NCBI GenBank assembly: GCA_008636045.1
Contig: SNRW01000049.1
Coordinates: forward strand, 1-34,694
DNA: 34,694 nucleotides
Direction of reading: 5' to 3'
From: Streblomastix strix
Lineage: Eukaryota
Part shown: positions 1-13,700 of the stretch, in pieces
Layout of the letters: every line of letters begins with the position of its first letter
Position numbering within the stretch: the stretch's first letter is position 1
The notes under the pieces: generated by a model
Seen by the model: the letters and a program-made list of their open reading frames with translations, nothing else
What the model was told of the DNA's origin: nothing
Database searches by the model: none
Position numbers and translations under genes: made by a program

Positions 1-3000
1 GTTGATAATCATGGAATCTCAAACCCATTTGTTGTCTTAAAATATTGTGAACAAGAATTCAAAACTTAAGGGTTAAAATAGAAAGAAAAAGAGAGAGAAA
101 AAGAAAGAGAAATATAAATGTAGAAGGAATAAGAAAATGATAAAGAAAAAGAATCTGAAATAATGAGTGATGATATAAATGATTAATTGAAGAATGATGA
201 ATCTGAGAGAATGAAAGTTGAAGAAAAAGAAAAATAAATATAAATTAATAAATATAAAATAATAGAGAAAATAAAAGAGAATGAAAAAGGTCTATTAAAT
301 GAGAATTTCATTTTCTAATATGATCACGAATAGGCTGTTAATTAATCAGATAATAATCTAAATGTAGAATTTTATGACATAAATACTTTCTGGGACCCAA
401 TTTAGATTGGAAAATTAAAGATTAATATTGAGCCAGCACTTGAATAACTTCTATTAATACCAAATAATACTATTACATTCAACAAATAATTTAAAGGAGT
501 TGGTGAATTTGAAGGAAATTAAACAGGGGATATTGAAATGAAAATAAAATTTAATAGAGAATTTACAGAAGAAGAGAAAGAGAAGGCTAAAAAAGAAGAG
601 GAAGAGTAAGAAGAAATAGAAAAACAGAAATATGCTGAAGAAAAAGAAACATCAGAAAAGAAAAAGAAAGAAAAATAAGAAGATCAAAAGAAGGAAGAAT
701 AAATAAATATAGTTTAATTAAATGATTCAAAAGATGAATAATATTATGATAAGAATTATAAAAGTTAAATTAGTGAATAGGTAGAAACAATAAATAAATA
801 AAAGTAACCTGAAGATGAATAATATTATAGTTAAAGATATTAGAGTAAATATATAGATTATGTTGAAGAATAAAAAGCTCAAGGCAATGACATTGACTAT
901 GTAAATTAATTCGATTAAGACTTTACTCCTGATTATATAAGAACTGAAATTAGAAATTAAGAAGAAGAAGATTAGAAATATATTAATTAAGAATAAATCT
1001 TACTCAGAGCATCAAGTAAATAATTGCTTAATTCTGTAAGTATTATTATACATGAAAGAGATTAAGATTATTATTCTGATAGATATATTAGTGAGTTCAC
1101 ACATTTGCATGATGAAGAAGATTCAAACGCAAGTGATAAATTATTTGTTGAGAAAGATGAAGATTTCTATAGTCAAAGATACGATAGAAGATTTGATAAT
1201 GATATCTTATATTCTATGCAATCAAATGCATCTTCATAATCTAATGAAAATGATGAAAAACTTAATGAATTCAAATTTGAGGAAGAAATAGAGAATGAAT
1301 TGGAAAAATAGATTAGAACTTAATTATTTACTGATGAAGTTAATAATTAAGATCCGACCAAATAAAATGAAAATATATAATAAGATGAATAACTTAGAGA
1401 TTAAGTGGAATTAGAGAATAATAGCAAAGATGATATAGAATTAAAATAAAAAGAAACTAAAGTAGAATAATAATAAGAAGATACAACTGAGTAGAAAGAT
1501 GAAAATATTTAGAATATTAATGAAATGAATAAAATATTTAATGATGAATCAAAATTAGCCGATGAAGAAGGTTAAATTTTGAATGAAATAACATAAAATG
1601 AATTAGATATGTCTGATGAATAATAATAATAGGAATTGTAAGTAAAAGAATAAAAATAACCAAAAAAAATTATTAATAAAGATGGAAAGAAAATAAAATA
1701 AGCTGTAAATGAATCTCCAAAATAATCTCATACTAAAACATAAGAACAAATTAAACCTTAAAAGAAATAATAGAAGAAAACTTCATCTTCACCAAATAAA
1801 GTGACTGGAGCATCAAATAGATTATTTCCATATCATGCTCCTTCTCCTTAACCCTATTCATCCAAATAATCATAACCTGCATTTACATAGGCATAAATAA
1901 AGAAGATGTTGGAAGATCTTGAGAAAGGTCCTTATAGCAAAAAAACCATTAAAATATAGAAAAAAGTGATTTAATCGTAGGTACATATATATATTATTTT
2001 ATTGAAATATTAATAAAAAATCTTTTATATTCTATATCATTTATTATATAATTCATTTACTATTTATCTGAATTTGAATGATAACAAAGGTGGATATTGA
2101 TCGTATAATTCAGAAAGCAGAAGGAGATATGATGTTATCAAGTGATAAACACTATCATAATTCTCCATATAAAAAAGCATTGGCTTCAGGCTAACAATAA
2201 CCGAAATAAAGAATTAATGATGAAGATGATTATTACTAACAGCATCATTATTCGCCAGTTTATACTCCAGAAGGTTCAGAAATAAAATAAAAAAGAGCAA
2301 AATCATCTCCAAAAGTTTAAAGACAATAATAAGAACAATCCTAAGATACTTTAGGAAGATAACCAAATACTTTATTAATTAATGATAAACCCAATTCAGT
2401 AAAGAAGTAATAGAGGAAAAGAGTGAATGATAATTCAAATAACACTAATAATACAAATATCTAAACAATATCTCAACAAATTGCAGAATAGAAAAGATTA
2501 GCTGATTTAGAATAAGGGTGGGATTGTTCTGCTCCTCCATTGGGTAAACCAACTATGAGACCATATAATGCATTTATTGATCCAAATTGTACATATATGG
2601 AAAATAAATAAGTTTAAATTGATGTTAAAAGATCAATGGGAGATGATCTTGATCCTTTAACTCTCAAAATATTAAAGATGAGAAACAAATTAAAATAATA
2701 AAGAATTTAACTTTTACAAGAAGAATTTCCTGGCGAAAGTCTTCCTCTATCAAATACAAAAAGAATTTTGAACATAGATGAAAGAGAAAGATTGTCATAA
2801 AGAAGGCCAATTTCACAAAGGAGAAAAAGTTCATTAGAAGGAAGAAGTAAAAGATAGTCTTCTCCAGATGGAAGTAGAGTTAGAAGTGTAAGTCCTGTAG
2901 CTCGTAGATTAAACTCACTTCATATTGCACTATTAGCCAGAGGAAATCTGCCCAATTCATTAAGTCGATAATAATAAGAAAGAGAAAGAAAAGAAAAGAT

Positions 3001-4330
3001 TTAGAAAAGATCTTAAACATCACAGTTGCCTGAAAGAGATAGAAATAGGAATTCTGGAAGAAGATCATAAAGTCCTGTTCTTTCATCAGGAAGAAGAATA
3101 CAAACTGCTGATGATGATAATATAACAAATACTAAAAGAAGAAAGAGAGATATAGGTTTATATGAAAATGATGAAGATGAAAATAAATTACTTGAAGGAA
3201 GATATAATCGACAATCTTAATATTAATAAATTGAATATTATCCGTTATATTCTTAAAATCCTTAAAATAATTAATAACATATTGAAACAGAAGAATCATT
3301 TCTTCCACCACTTCAAGATTAGAAATAAAGTAGAAGAGGATAGAGAGATAAACTTCTATATACACCTTTGCCAAAGTAATAATTGTATAAACAGGAGAAT
3401 TAAAAATAAAACAGATAAATGAATGAAAGATATTATGAGGATTATGAAGATAAAGATAGAATTTCTCTTCCTTCAATTAATAATAACTTAAATAGAAATA
3501 AATAATCTCCATCACAAAATTAATCAAATAATAAATCTAATTTCATTGGACCCGATGGAATTGTTGGAGTATTTTCTGATGAAAATACAATGAATGACAT
3601 AGATACAAACCCACCTAATATTAAAGATCTAATTACTATTATTAGAAACAAATTAGATTATTAGAAAAAAGAAGGATAAGATAATAAATAATAATAACTT
3701 GATGATATTGATATTATAAACTCAAACGATTTTATTGTTGCATATTGGATTGCTAGCAGAAAGCTTGCCGCTTTATGGAATGTTTTAAATATTCCACTTA
3801 AGGAACAATAACTTTAATAATTTGTTATCATTCACCCAAAATCTCCAATTAATGAATCATCAAGTTATTAATCGAATGAAATCGTTAAGAAATTCTCGGA
3901 TGAAGATTAAAAACCAACTATTGAAAAATATTAAAATATTCACAATGAAATTGATTAATTATAAGAGCTATTTGATATTCGTTAAGAACTAGCTTTTTTG
4001 ATTAATGTACGAAATTCTCTTCTACTCTAATTTTTCCGCCGAGCAGGGAAATTTGGTCAATCAATACCCGAATAACTTCTTTCACAAAGATCAGATGGTG
4101 ATAATGAAAAAGAGACAAATTTGAAATCATCAATAGAAAAGTTGATTGAATAAATAAACTCATACACTTAACAAGTGAGATCAGGACTACAAGAATGGCG
4201 CAGCCTCAGACCTTGGCACAATGGCATATTACTACTAACACAACGAGATGAAGAAGCATAGTTGGAATAAGAAGATAATCTATTTCAAAGTAGGTTGTTG
4301 GAACTTTGTGATGTTTTTAAAATATAATGA
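1..4330 (+). CDS. 5'-partial C2-domain protein with a long E/K/Q-rich low-complexity region and a possible MAP65/Ase1/PRC1-like C-terminal helical domain; exons <1-1980, 2090-4330 (>1,400 aa)
   Basis: With TAR=Gln, frame 1 is open from base 1: VDNHGISNPFVVLKYCEQEFKTQG...NENFIFQYDH...LNVEFYDINTFWDPIQIGKLKINI...GDIEMKIKF, which has the C2 domain strand pattern. Phase-0 GT..AG intron at 1981-2089. The second exon is open to TGA at 4328-4330, followed by AT-rich intergenic sequence. Confidence 0.85.
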
Positions 4331-4702
4331 TATTTTCCATTTCACTTTATTTACCATTAAAAAAAATTTTAATATGATTTTAAAGCTAAATTTTTCAATA
4401 TAAACAAAATGGTAATATTTCATCCGCTACATTATTAAAATTAATATTTTATATTAAATAGTATTATATGTATTTTTTCATGGAATTTAAAATGGTAATT
4501 TTTAATCACAACAGCGTTTCAGATTTTTTAATTTAATATTACAAAAAAAATTAGAAAAATTGACTTTTCATGCCATTCAACTACAAAATATTTATATATT
4601 TCTTATTAATTAAATTAAATATTGTATTTCTTATTAGTTTAATTAAATATTATACTTATATTAATTTGTTTCATAACACATCCAATATTCAAAACGAAGA
4701 GC

Positions 4703-7700
4703 ATGACAAAGAAGGTTGGAAGATATTTTAATCCATATTTGCAAACTGCACACGAACCTTTGCAACCCCCCGAATTTTTGTAATCAGATAATAAGGAAGA
4801 TCTTATTTCTCGTATATCTTCAAAATAAGTTCCATCAAAATAAATACCTGCAACCTTAGCATCGATAAACACACCAGAAAAAAATAATATGAACATTGTA
4901 TTTAGAGGGTTAGAATCTCTTGGGGATTCGCCAATAAGACCAAATTTAGGAATTTAATATTAAGGATCAAAATTGGGTAATATTAAATTAAATGAATATG
5001 AAAAAATAGAAAATTCTACTTTTAAACCATCATCTGCCCCTATTGGATAAAAACGATAAAATTAACAACGTCCACGTTCAACTCAATCGTATTTCTCTAC
5101 AAGTGACATTTAAGTAAAAAGTTTTTAATATAAGAATTTTCCAATTGTAACTCGTCCTTCATTCACTCCAGGAACTAACAAGATGATTGGATACAATACA
5201 TGAAACTTAACAAATTCAGGTTAATTCGCATCCAAGATTGGTCAAAGGTAATTAAAATCTACATAACCAATAATATCACCAACAGAGCCTAGCACATAAA
5301 ACCAAAATTCAAACACTGATGATTACACTTAAGATAATATAAATATAAACAAGCCTTAGTCATTACTATCTTACTTTTAGGAACCTATTACATCTTAAGA
5401 TTTGCAAATTGATAATTCAAGTGATCTTCCTTAATGGTTATAGTTTAGTTAGTTAGAATCTCTTACAATTGAATCATTTTCATTTCCTCTTTCAGAATAA
5501 TTAACTCCAATGTCTAAATCTGAAATGTTGGAAGCTACAATATAAACTATTGCCTAAGCAAATGAAAAATAGAAAAAAGAAACAGAATATTTGTTGTAAA
5601 AGAGCACACCTGGATATGCTAAAGTTTATTTTATTATTAATATCGCTTAAATATTTAAATATATTAATTATTATTTTATTTTCATGTGATTAATTCATCT
5701 TAATAATATTATTAGGCAGGAGGAGCAATTGCATAATTTTCATTAAATGCATTTTAAAGAGCAGAAGCATCAATTAAAGCTGCAGAAATAGAAGCTAAGA
5801 TTTCTTAGTAACATAATGCATCTGATTAATTGTGGAGAAATATAATGCTTTAAACTAATAAACGAACTGAACCTACCAGGTATTTTTATTTTAATAGTTC
5901 TATATTATTACATTATATTCTTTTTTAGATAAGATGCTGAATTATTGGAGAAATGGATAGATTACCAGATAATGTTGTTGAAAGGAGAAAATCCAATCGA
6001 TAGAAGAGAATACTATAAGTAATTTTAGACTATTTTAGGTTGAGCATTTAATGAGTTAAATAGATAGGTAACAACTAGTTGTTTAGAGCGTGGCCATCTC
6101 TTAACTCATTTATGGATTTTATATTAATCAATTTTTGATGTATGAAACAAATAATAATAATAATAAGTTTATTAATTATTTGTAAAAATAAGTATTATTT
6201 AAATTGAAAACTTTTTTTTAATTATTATAACTATATATTAGGATATTATTCGTTTTATTACACTTAATCGTAATAAACATATAGAATTAATGGAACAATA
6301 ACTTAAAGATAAATTATTGTAAATAAAAAAAGAATAAGAAGAAAAAAGCAACACTGAATAATAGCATTTTTAGTCTCAAATAGTTTCATTAAGAGAATAG
6401 AATAGAGCTATTTCAAAGAGTTTACTTGAAATTTAGTCATAATTAACCGATAAAGAAAAAGAAATTTTCGATGCATGTTATATTAATAAAAATTTAAATA
6501 GTCAAATATTATTATTATTGTTCTTATTCTTATTCTTATTTTCTTTTTATTTTCTTTATACTTACAATTATTTTAGTTGCGTGAAACCAATAATAATCTT
6601 GAATAGGATATACAAAAATTGCAAAGCACGTTGATAAATTCTCTCAAGTTTATGTAAAGAGTAGACTAATAAGGAAATGATAATATTCATTAAAATAGTA
6701 ATATACAATAAAATAAAATAAATATTTAATAAGGAATGAATGAAATAATGTAAGGGCTGAGAGGAATAAGTATGTTTTAGTTATGAATTAAAGAAGAAAA
6801 CGTTAAAATAGAATAATAACATAAATTGATATTTATTTATATTATTATTTATATTATTATTTATATTATTAATATTATTATTAATATTATTACAAAATTT
6901 CATTTATTTCTTTACTATATTTAATTATAAATTTATTATTATTTGTTATATAATATTTATAGAGGGAAAGAAAGCTGGAGGAAATCTAAGAAAATTGGTT
7001 TCATTAATAATAAACTCGAAGCAAAACAAAATAAAATAATAAGAAATTAATTATAATCTACCGATTTCTATTTAATAAATTAATGATATTAGTCAAAACA
7101 CTAATAATGATAAAGTTAATTTGTAAAAAAGTGAATAATCCACATAATAATCTCAATAATAATTACCTAATAGATTTGCGAGAATTTCTTCAATTAATAT
7201 GAAAGATTGGTAAATGAATTAGAATATGAATAATTTATTGAATGAAAATTAATTATAATAAGATCAATAATAATAAATAGAAATCACGAAAGAAACAAAT
7301 GAAGAATAATAATAGTAATAAAAGTATGAAAATGAAAAATAACCAATAAAGGAAGAAGAAGGAATTTAAAATGATGATTAAGATGAAGAAATTGAATTGA
7401 AAATAATCAAAAAAGAAAAAAAGAAAATATATAAATATGAATATGAATATAATGATGAAGAAGAAGAAGAAGATGATGATGATGATGATGATGATGAGGA
7501 TGACGAAGTTGAATAAGAAATTTAAGGAGACATTAATAATGAATAAAATATAACACAACAAATATAACAACTTAATAGAAAAAATAATAAATAAAATAAT
7601 ATACATACGAAAAAATCTTTTTCTTTCCTAAAAACTGTTAAAAATATCGATAATTAAAATATAAATATAAATAATAATAAATAACCAAGTTGGTTAATGA

Positions 7701-10700
7701 AATAATAAGAAGAAGAATTAAAAGAAGGAAAATATGCTATAATAATGAAGGATAATTGTAACATTTAAATTTTCGATAAAAATAAAGAAGAAAAAGAGGA
7801 TTTAAAATTATTGAATTAAAAATAAGAATAAGATAAATAATAGTTCAAAGAAGACTTTCCAATTAAAGAAAATATTAATAATAATAAAGATATTGATGAA
7901 TGTTAGAATGAGCATTAACATGTTAAAATAATAACTTTTCCATTTTCTTTCATTGATCCGAAATAAATTTCGGAATATTTATAATAATAGTCTGATAATA
8001 ATAAAGCTTAATCTATTGCTATATAATTAAGAAACAAAAAAATTGCTCTTGTTGATGTTAAGAGTGAAGCTGAAGGTAAAAATTAAGAAGATTATGAGTA
8101 AGAATAATAAATATAAAATATATAAATGAAACAAAAACAATATGAATTATAGGGTGATAATTTGTTGTAATAAGAATATGAAAGAGATGAACAATAATCA
8201 AACATTTCATAGAGGCATATTCTTCATTAACACCAACCATAAATTATTACTCCTTCAAGATCTTATGATCAATAAAATAAGAAAAAACAATTAAAAGCAG
8301 TTTAGAGACCAATTTCATCAACTTCATATTCTCCTTTGATGCTTTTTTCTTCATCCTTATCATCTTTTAAATCATCTTCTCCCTAATCATAATCATAATC
8401 ATAATCATAATATCAGCAAACTAAACAGCTTTTAAAATCAAAATCGTAACCTTTAATTAATTTAAATATATAAGAATAATATGATACATAACAATAATAA
8501 TCATAATCATAATCATATTCACCTTCTTCTCCTTATTATGAAGAAAATTCTATAATTCTAAATACAAATTAATAAAATAATGAAGAAATATAAAATATAA
8601 ATGAATATAATGAATAAAAAGAAGAATCTTTGGAAGATAATTTATAAGATGCAAAGTCAATTGCAAGCTAATTGCATAGATAATCAACGAAAGGTTCAAT
8701 CTATACACATATTACTGTAGTTTCAGATAATTTTTCTGAGTTATCAAGTATTTCAAATTTGTAGAATGTCTCTAATTTACCAAAATTAGATTAAGAGAAG
8801 AAATAATAAAAAAAGCGCAAAAAATTATCATTTAAATAAGCCGCTAGATTAAAGATGACTACAAATGCAGTATTCCCTACATCTTAATAACTACATTAAT
8901 AGCAATCATAATAATCATTATAGACTATCAATTCATAATCATCTATTCATATTAGTTAATAAAAATAACAAACGTATCATCCTTCCCACCTTCATATTCG
9001 TCATATCAAAAGCAAATCACAATAAAATACTTTTAGGAAAGGTAATTTAAAGAGACTTTAATAGTAAATAAAGGATGAAGATTAAGAATAGGAATAAGAT
9101 TTAGAATATGAATAAATGGAAATAGAATAAAATTATGAAGGAAAAGAAAAAGAAAATAATTCATTTGATTTTAGTTTAAATGATGATAATATTAATGTTA
9201 TTAAATTAAATAATGATGACATTGAATATGAAAATGATAGTACAGAAAAAGAGAATAGTGAAAATGAATTTGGACAATAAAGAAATAAAGAAATATTATC
9301 TAATGTATTTTAGAGTTCATTTAGTCCACTTGATACTATTAAAGAAGAAAAAGAGAAAAAGATTGAAAAAGATATGGAAGTTAATAATTAGGAAGAGTAA
9401 GATTAAAATAAAGAGAAAAAGAATGAAGATGATAAAAAGATGGATAATAATTAAGATAAAGATTCGGATAAAAAATTAATTAAATATTACACTGCATATA
9501 ATCCATAAAATCCTCGTTATAATTAAACTAATTATTAGCAACAATTACTTCCAAGTTAACCCAATATTAATGAAAATAACATTAATAAAAAAATATCAAG
9601 ATCTAAATCATAAATTCAATAATAATATATAGATAATAATTTGAATTAAATCTAGAACAATAAAGAAAACACAAATTTTGATTAAAAGAAGGATTATTCA
9701 TTAGGTGCAAAACGCTAATCAAAAATTTATTAATAATATGTGTAATAACAATAGATAAATAAGTAAATTAAATAATAATTAGATAGTAATTTAAATAGTA
9801 GCAATAACTAATAACAATAATTAAGTTCAAGAGTATTCAAAATTAAGATTGACAAATTACCTAGAATATAACCACAAATAAGAGTTATTGAAAAAGATGT
9901 TGGCATATAATGTTATTTGGATGATAATTAAATGTATTTAATAGACGAAATAAAATAAAGGATGAAAGGATAAACATTAAACTTAGAATAAGAGAAAGAA
10001 CAGAAGAATAATGAATAATAAAAAAATGATAAAGAATTGAATACGTAAATAAGGAGGATAAATTCAGTTACAAAAGAAAATTCAATTTAAAATGGTATTT
10101 TAAGTAATAAATTAAATTAATCCGAAGAAAAAGTTAAAGGCATCAAAAATGAAATAAATCATGAAATTTAAGGATAAAACAAATATAATCTTCTTCTTAA
10201 AGTTCAATTTGGATTATAAGATAAAATATTAAATGAATAGGAATATCTATAATGGAAATAGAAAATGAAAGAAGAAGATGAATTAAATGCAGAAAATGAA
10301 GAAAAAAGAATTAAAAAGAAAGAAGATGAAGATGAATAGAAAAGAAGATAAGAAGAAGAAGATGAAGAAGAAAGAAATGAATAAAAAAGAATTGAATAAG
10401 AATAGGATTTATAACTTAGAATGAAGTAGATAGAATTATAATATATAAAACAAAATAATAAAGCATATATATCTTAATAATTTATTTAATTACAAGCACT
10501 CTAATAATAATTATTAGATTTGGAAAAGAAAGAAAAAGTGGAAAAAGAGAAATAAGAAGAATTGAAGAAGATTGAAATTGAGAAATAGAAAGAGAACGAA
10601 AAATATGAGTAAGAATATAAACAATAAATACAAATGAAAAAGATATATTAATAATAACAATTAAGGTTAGAAGAAAAAGAAAAAGAGAGAAAGTAAGAAA

Positions 10701-13700
10701 GAAAAGAAGGATAAATATAATTTGAAACATAAAATATTATTATAGGTACAGATTTTATTTCAAATAAAAATTAGAATGAAATTGCACAATAAAGAGATAA
10801 TGAAATAAATGTAGTAAATCAAATAGAATAATAGAAAAATGAATTAATAAGTTAAATAAAAATCATTCGAAGGAGTATGATTAACAGAAAAATAGTAAAT
10901 GAAGAGGATATTATATAGAAATAGTAATTCTTATAACAATTATATTCAAATCTCTTCAACAATCATAAATATTCATTGGCATCCTTTTAACTTCCCTCGC
11001 CTGATACAATCATTGCTCTATATGAAGAAGAGTATCAAGTTATCTTATAATTGTCTATTATAGATGAAATCGAGAAGAAATTCAGAGAAATTAATAATGA
11101 GAAGAAACTTACCGAGAAATAACAGGAAATTGATTAAGAAAAAGTGATAGAAATCGATAAAAAGAATTAAAAATAGAAAGAGAAAGAGAAAGAAAAAGAA
11201 AAACCTAAAAAGAAATTTAAATAAGAAAAAGATAATATATAAATTCCACCTATTAATTAATAGAATTTAAAGTAAAAAGAAATATAAAACCAAATACAAA
11301 TATTAAAAGTTGCCTAAAAAGCTACTAATTAAATATTATTAAATAGAACCAATGAATTTAACGATGAACTTGAAGAAGAATAATAATAATTAGGAGATTA
11401 AGATAAAGAATAAAATATTGTCATAAATGGTGATGCTATTGTTAGTTTGTTTATTTGTTTATTATTTTTTATTTTAATTTTCTTCAATTAATTCAAATTT
11501 ACTATTTTAAATATTAATAATTAATCAGCCAAAATGCCTTTGTTTTCAAATTTAATTTCTAATGTCGGACTAAGCTGGATGAAAGATCTAATACCAAATA
11601 ATTATTTCTCAGTAAATCAACTTAATTCATAACAGTTTATATCAAATTTATTTATTTCAAATAATCAAAGCCCAGACAATTAAGAATAACAATTAAACGA
11701 TGAAAAAGGAATAATCAACGAATAATAATTTGCTTATAATAATATAAAAGATGGATTAAATTAAAATATGAACTTTAATATAGGTATTATGCATCCCATA
11801 CTTTATATGAACATGATATAATCATAAGTATTTTAATTAAAATTGAATGAAAGAACGTAGAAAGTGAAGATGAATGAGAAAAAGAACGTAGATGAAGAGT
11901 AAAATGATAAAAATGACTAATAATTGGAAGATGAGGAATAAGAAGATGATATAGATAATTTTCTGGAATAATGGCAATCTATGAATTAATTTAATAATTA
12001 TAACAAATATACTTCTCAAAATTCACAGTAATCTTATTCATATACGCAATAATTCCATTATCAATAACTTTAAAATTAATTCTATAATTTTATCCTTCAC
12101 CATTAGAAATTACTATCTTAATAATTCCCTTTTTCTTTTCTATCTTTTATTTCTATAAAATAAATTAAATCTATTTTGCGAATTCATATTAATTTAATTA
12201 AACAATTAAGAGAATTAGTTGAAAAAGTTATTGAGATGTTTTAAGTATAAATATTATAATTTAAAATAATAATTTATTAATTTTAAAAATATTAAATTTA
12301 TCATTTTTAATTTCTATTTTCTATACTCTTTATATATTAATTTATTACAGATATAATTGAATAAATCTTTGAATTTAAAACCAATAAAATAACAAAAATA
12401 AACATAGATTTAGAAATCCAATCTAAATAATAAATAATAATAATAATCATCTTCAGAATCATCCTCTTCTTTTTCATATCCATTTCCTTCTCCTCAATCT
12501 TCTTAATAATTGACATTTACATTCTCATCATCATCTATAAGTTCTTTCTTATAATAATAATACCCTCTTTCTTTCCCTTGTTTTATTTTTAGAATAAATG
12601 AATAACTACCCTTTTCAATTCCAGATATTGAGATATTTAACATTTAATAAGTTATAAAAATGATTGGAGAAGGAAAAATTATTGAATATGCCTGGGTTTG
12701 AATATTATTATTATACCTTTACTTAGAAATAATTTATTATGTCTTCATTGCATTACCTTTTTTTATTACAATTTATTTATTTATTTAATAGGCAAACACA
12801 TAAATAATGAGAGATTTATAAAATTAACATTAATAATTAAAATAAAAATAAATAAATGAAAATATCAAAATGTAATAATAGTAAGAATTAGAATAACAAT
12901 CTAAATTTTTTGATAATTTGAAACTTTTGAATATAAATAAAATGAAAGAAAAAATAAACTTAAATGAAAAGGAAAAGGAAAAGGAAAAGGAAAGAAAGAA
13001 GAAATAATATGAAAAGAAAAAGGAGAAAGAGACAAATAAAAAATCTGTCATATTATCTTCTGGTAGCACAGAATAATTAAATATAAATAATTAATTATAA
13101 TAATCTTAATAATTATAGTAATAATAAATTATTTACTCTGATAACAATAAATAAACATTATTAGTAAATAAAGAAGGTGGAGAAAATATTGCATTCAAGT
13201 AAATTGTAAAAACTGAAGATTAAAATGAAATTTATGATAGAAGTTAAATTTCATTAGTAGATGCTGCTACTTTATAAAAATAGTAATCAGATTAATTAGA
13301 ATCATAAAATAAAGCAAAATAATTAGACAAGGAGCATGAATAAAATTAATCATTGTAATATTAATAGTAAATATAGTATAGTTCACAATCTTTAAATAAT
13401 TCTGATAGTAATATTAATGAATAAAAAAAAAGAAGATCATTATAAAGTTTTTAATAAAATAATAATCCACAATAATAAAATCATAGACAACAATCCATCT
13501 AACAATAATAAATTTCCAATTAACATACTCAAATATCCTAATTTTAGTCTCATCCTAAACTTCCTTCAATTTAATTATCATAATCAAGTTGATAAATGAC
13601 TCATTAAAAATCATCATAAAGTGATTTATAGAATAAAGAAGTATAATTATTAAAATAAGGAGATAACATTGAAAGAGAATAAAAAGATGATGATAAAGAA

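Noticed and set aside
4400..4580. Repeated short motifs (aaaatggtaat x2, tttttcatg x2) upstream of the giant gene
   Set aside because: They could be promoter elements, but are short and AT-rich and not clearly shared with other upstream regions in the window.
5147..5236. Possible 90-nt in-frame GT..AG intron that would remove the TGA at 5201
   Set aside because: Its composition is exon-like, lacking the extreme AT/T richness of the other introns. It cannot be fully excluded, so 5201 is the weakest of the five internal TGAs.
11842..11880. Apparent additional in-frame TGAs (IE*KNVESEDE*)
   Set aside because: They are in frame 1. The coding frame here is frame 2, which is continuous without TGA from 11531 to 12244.
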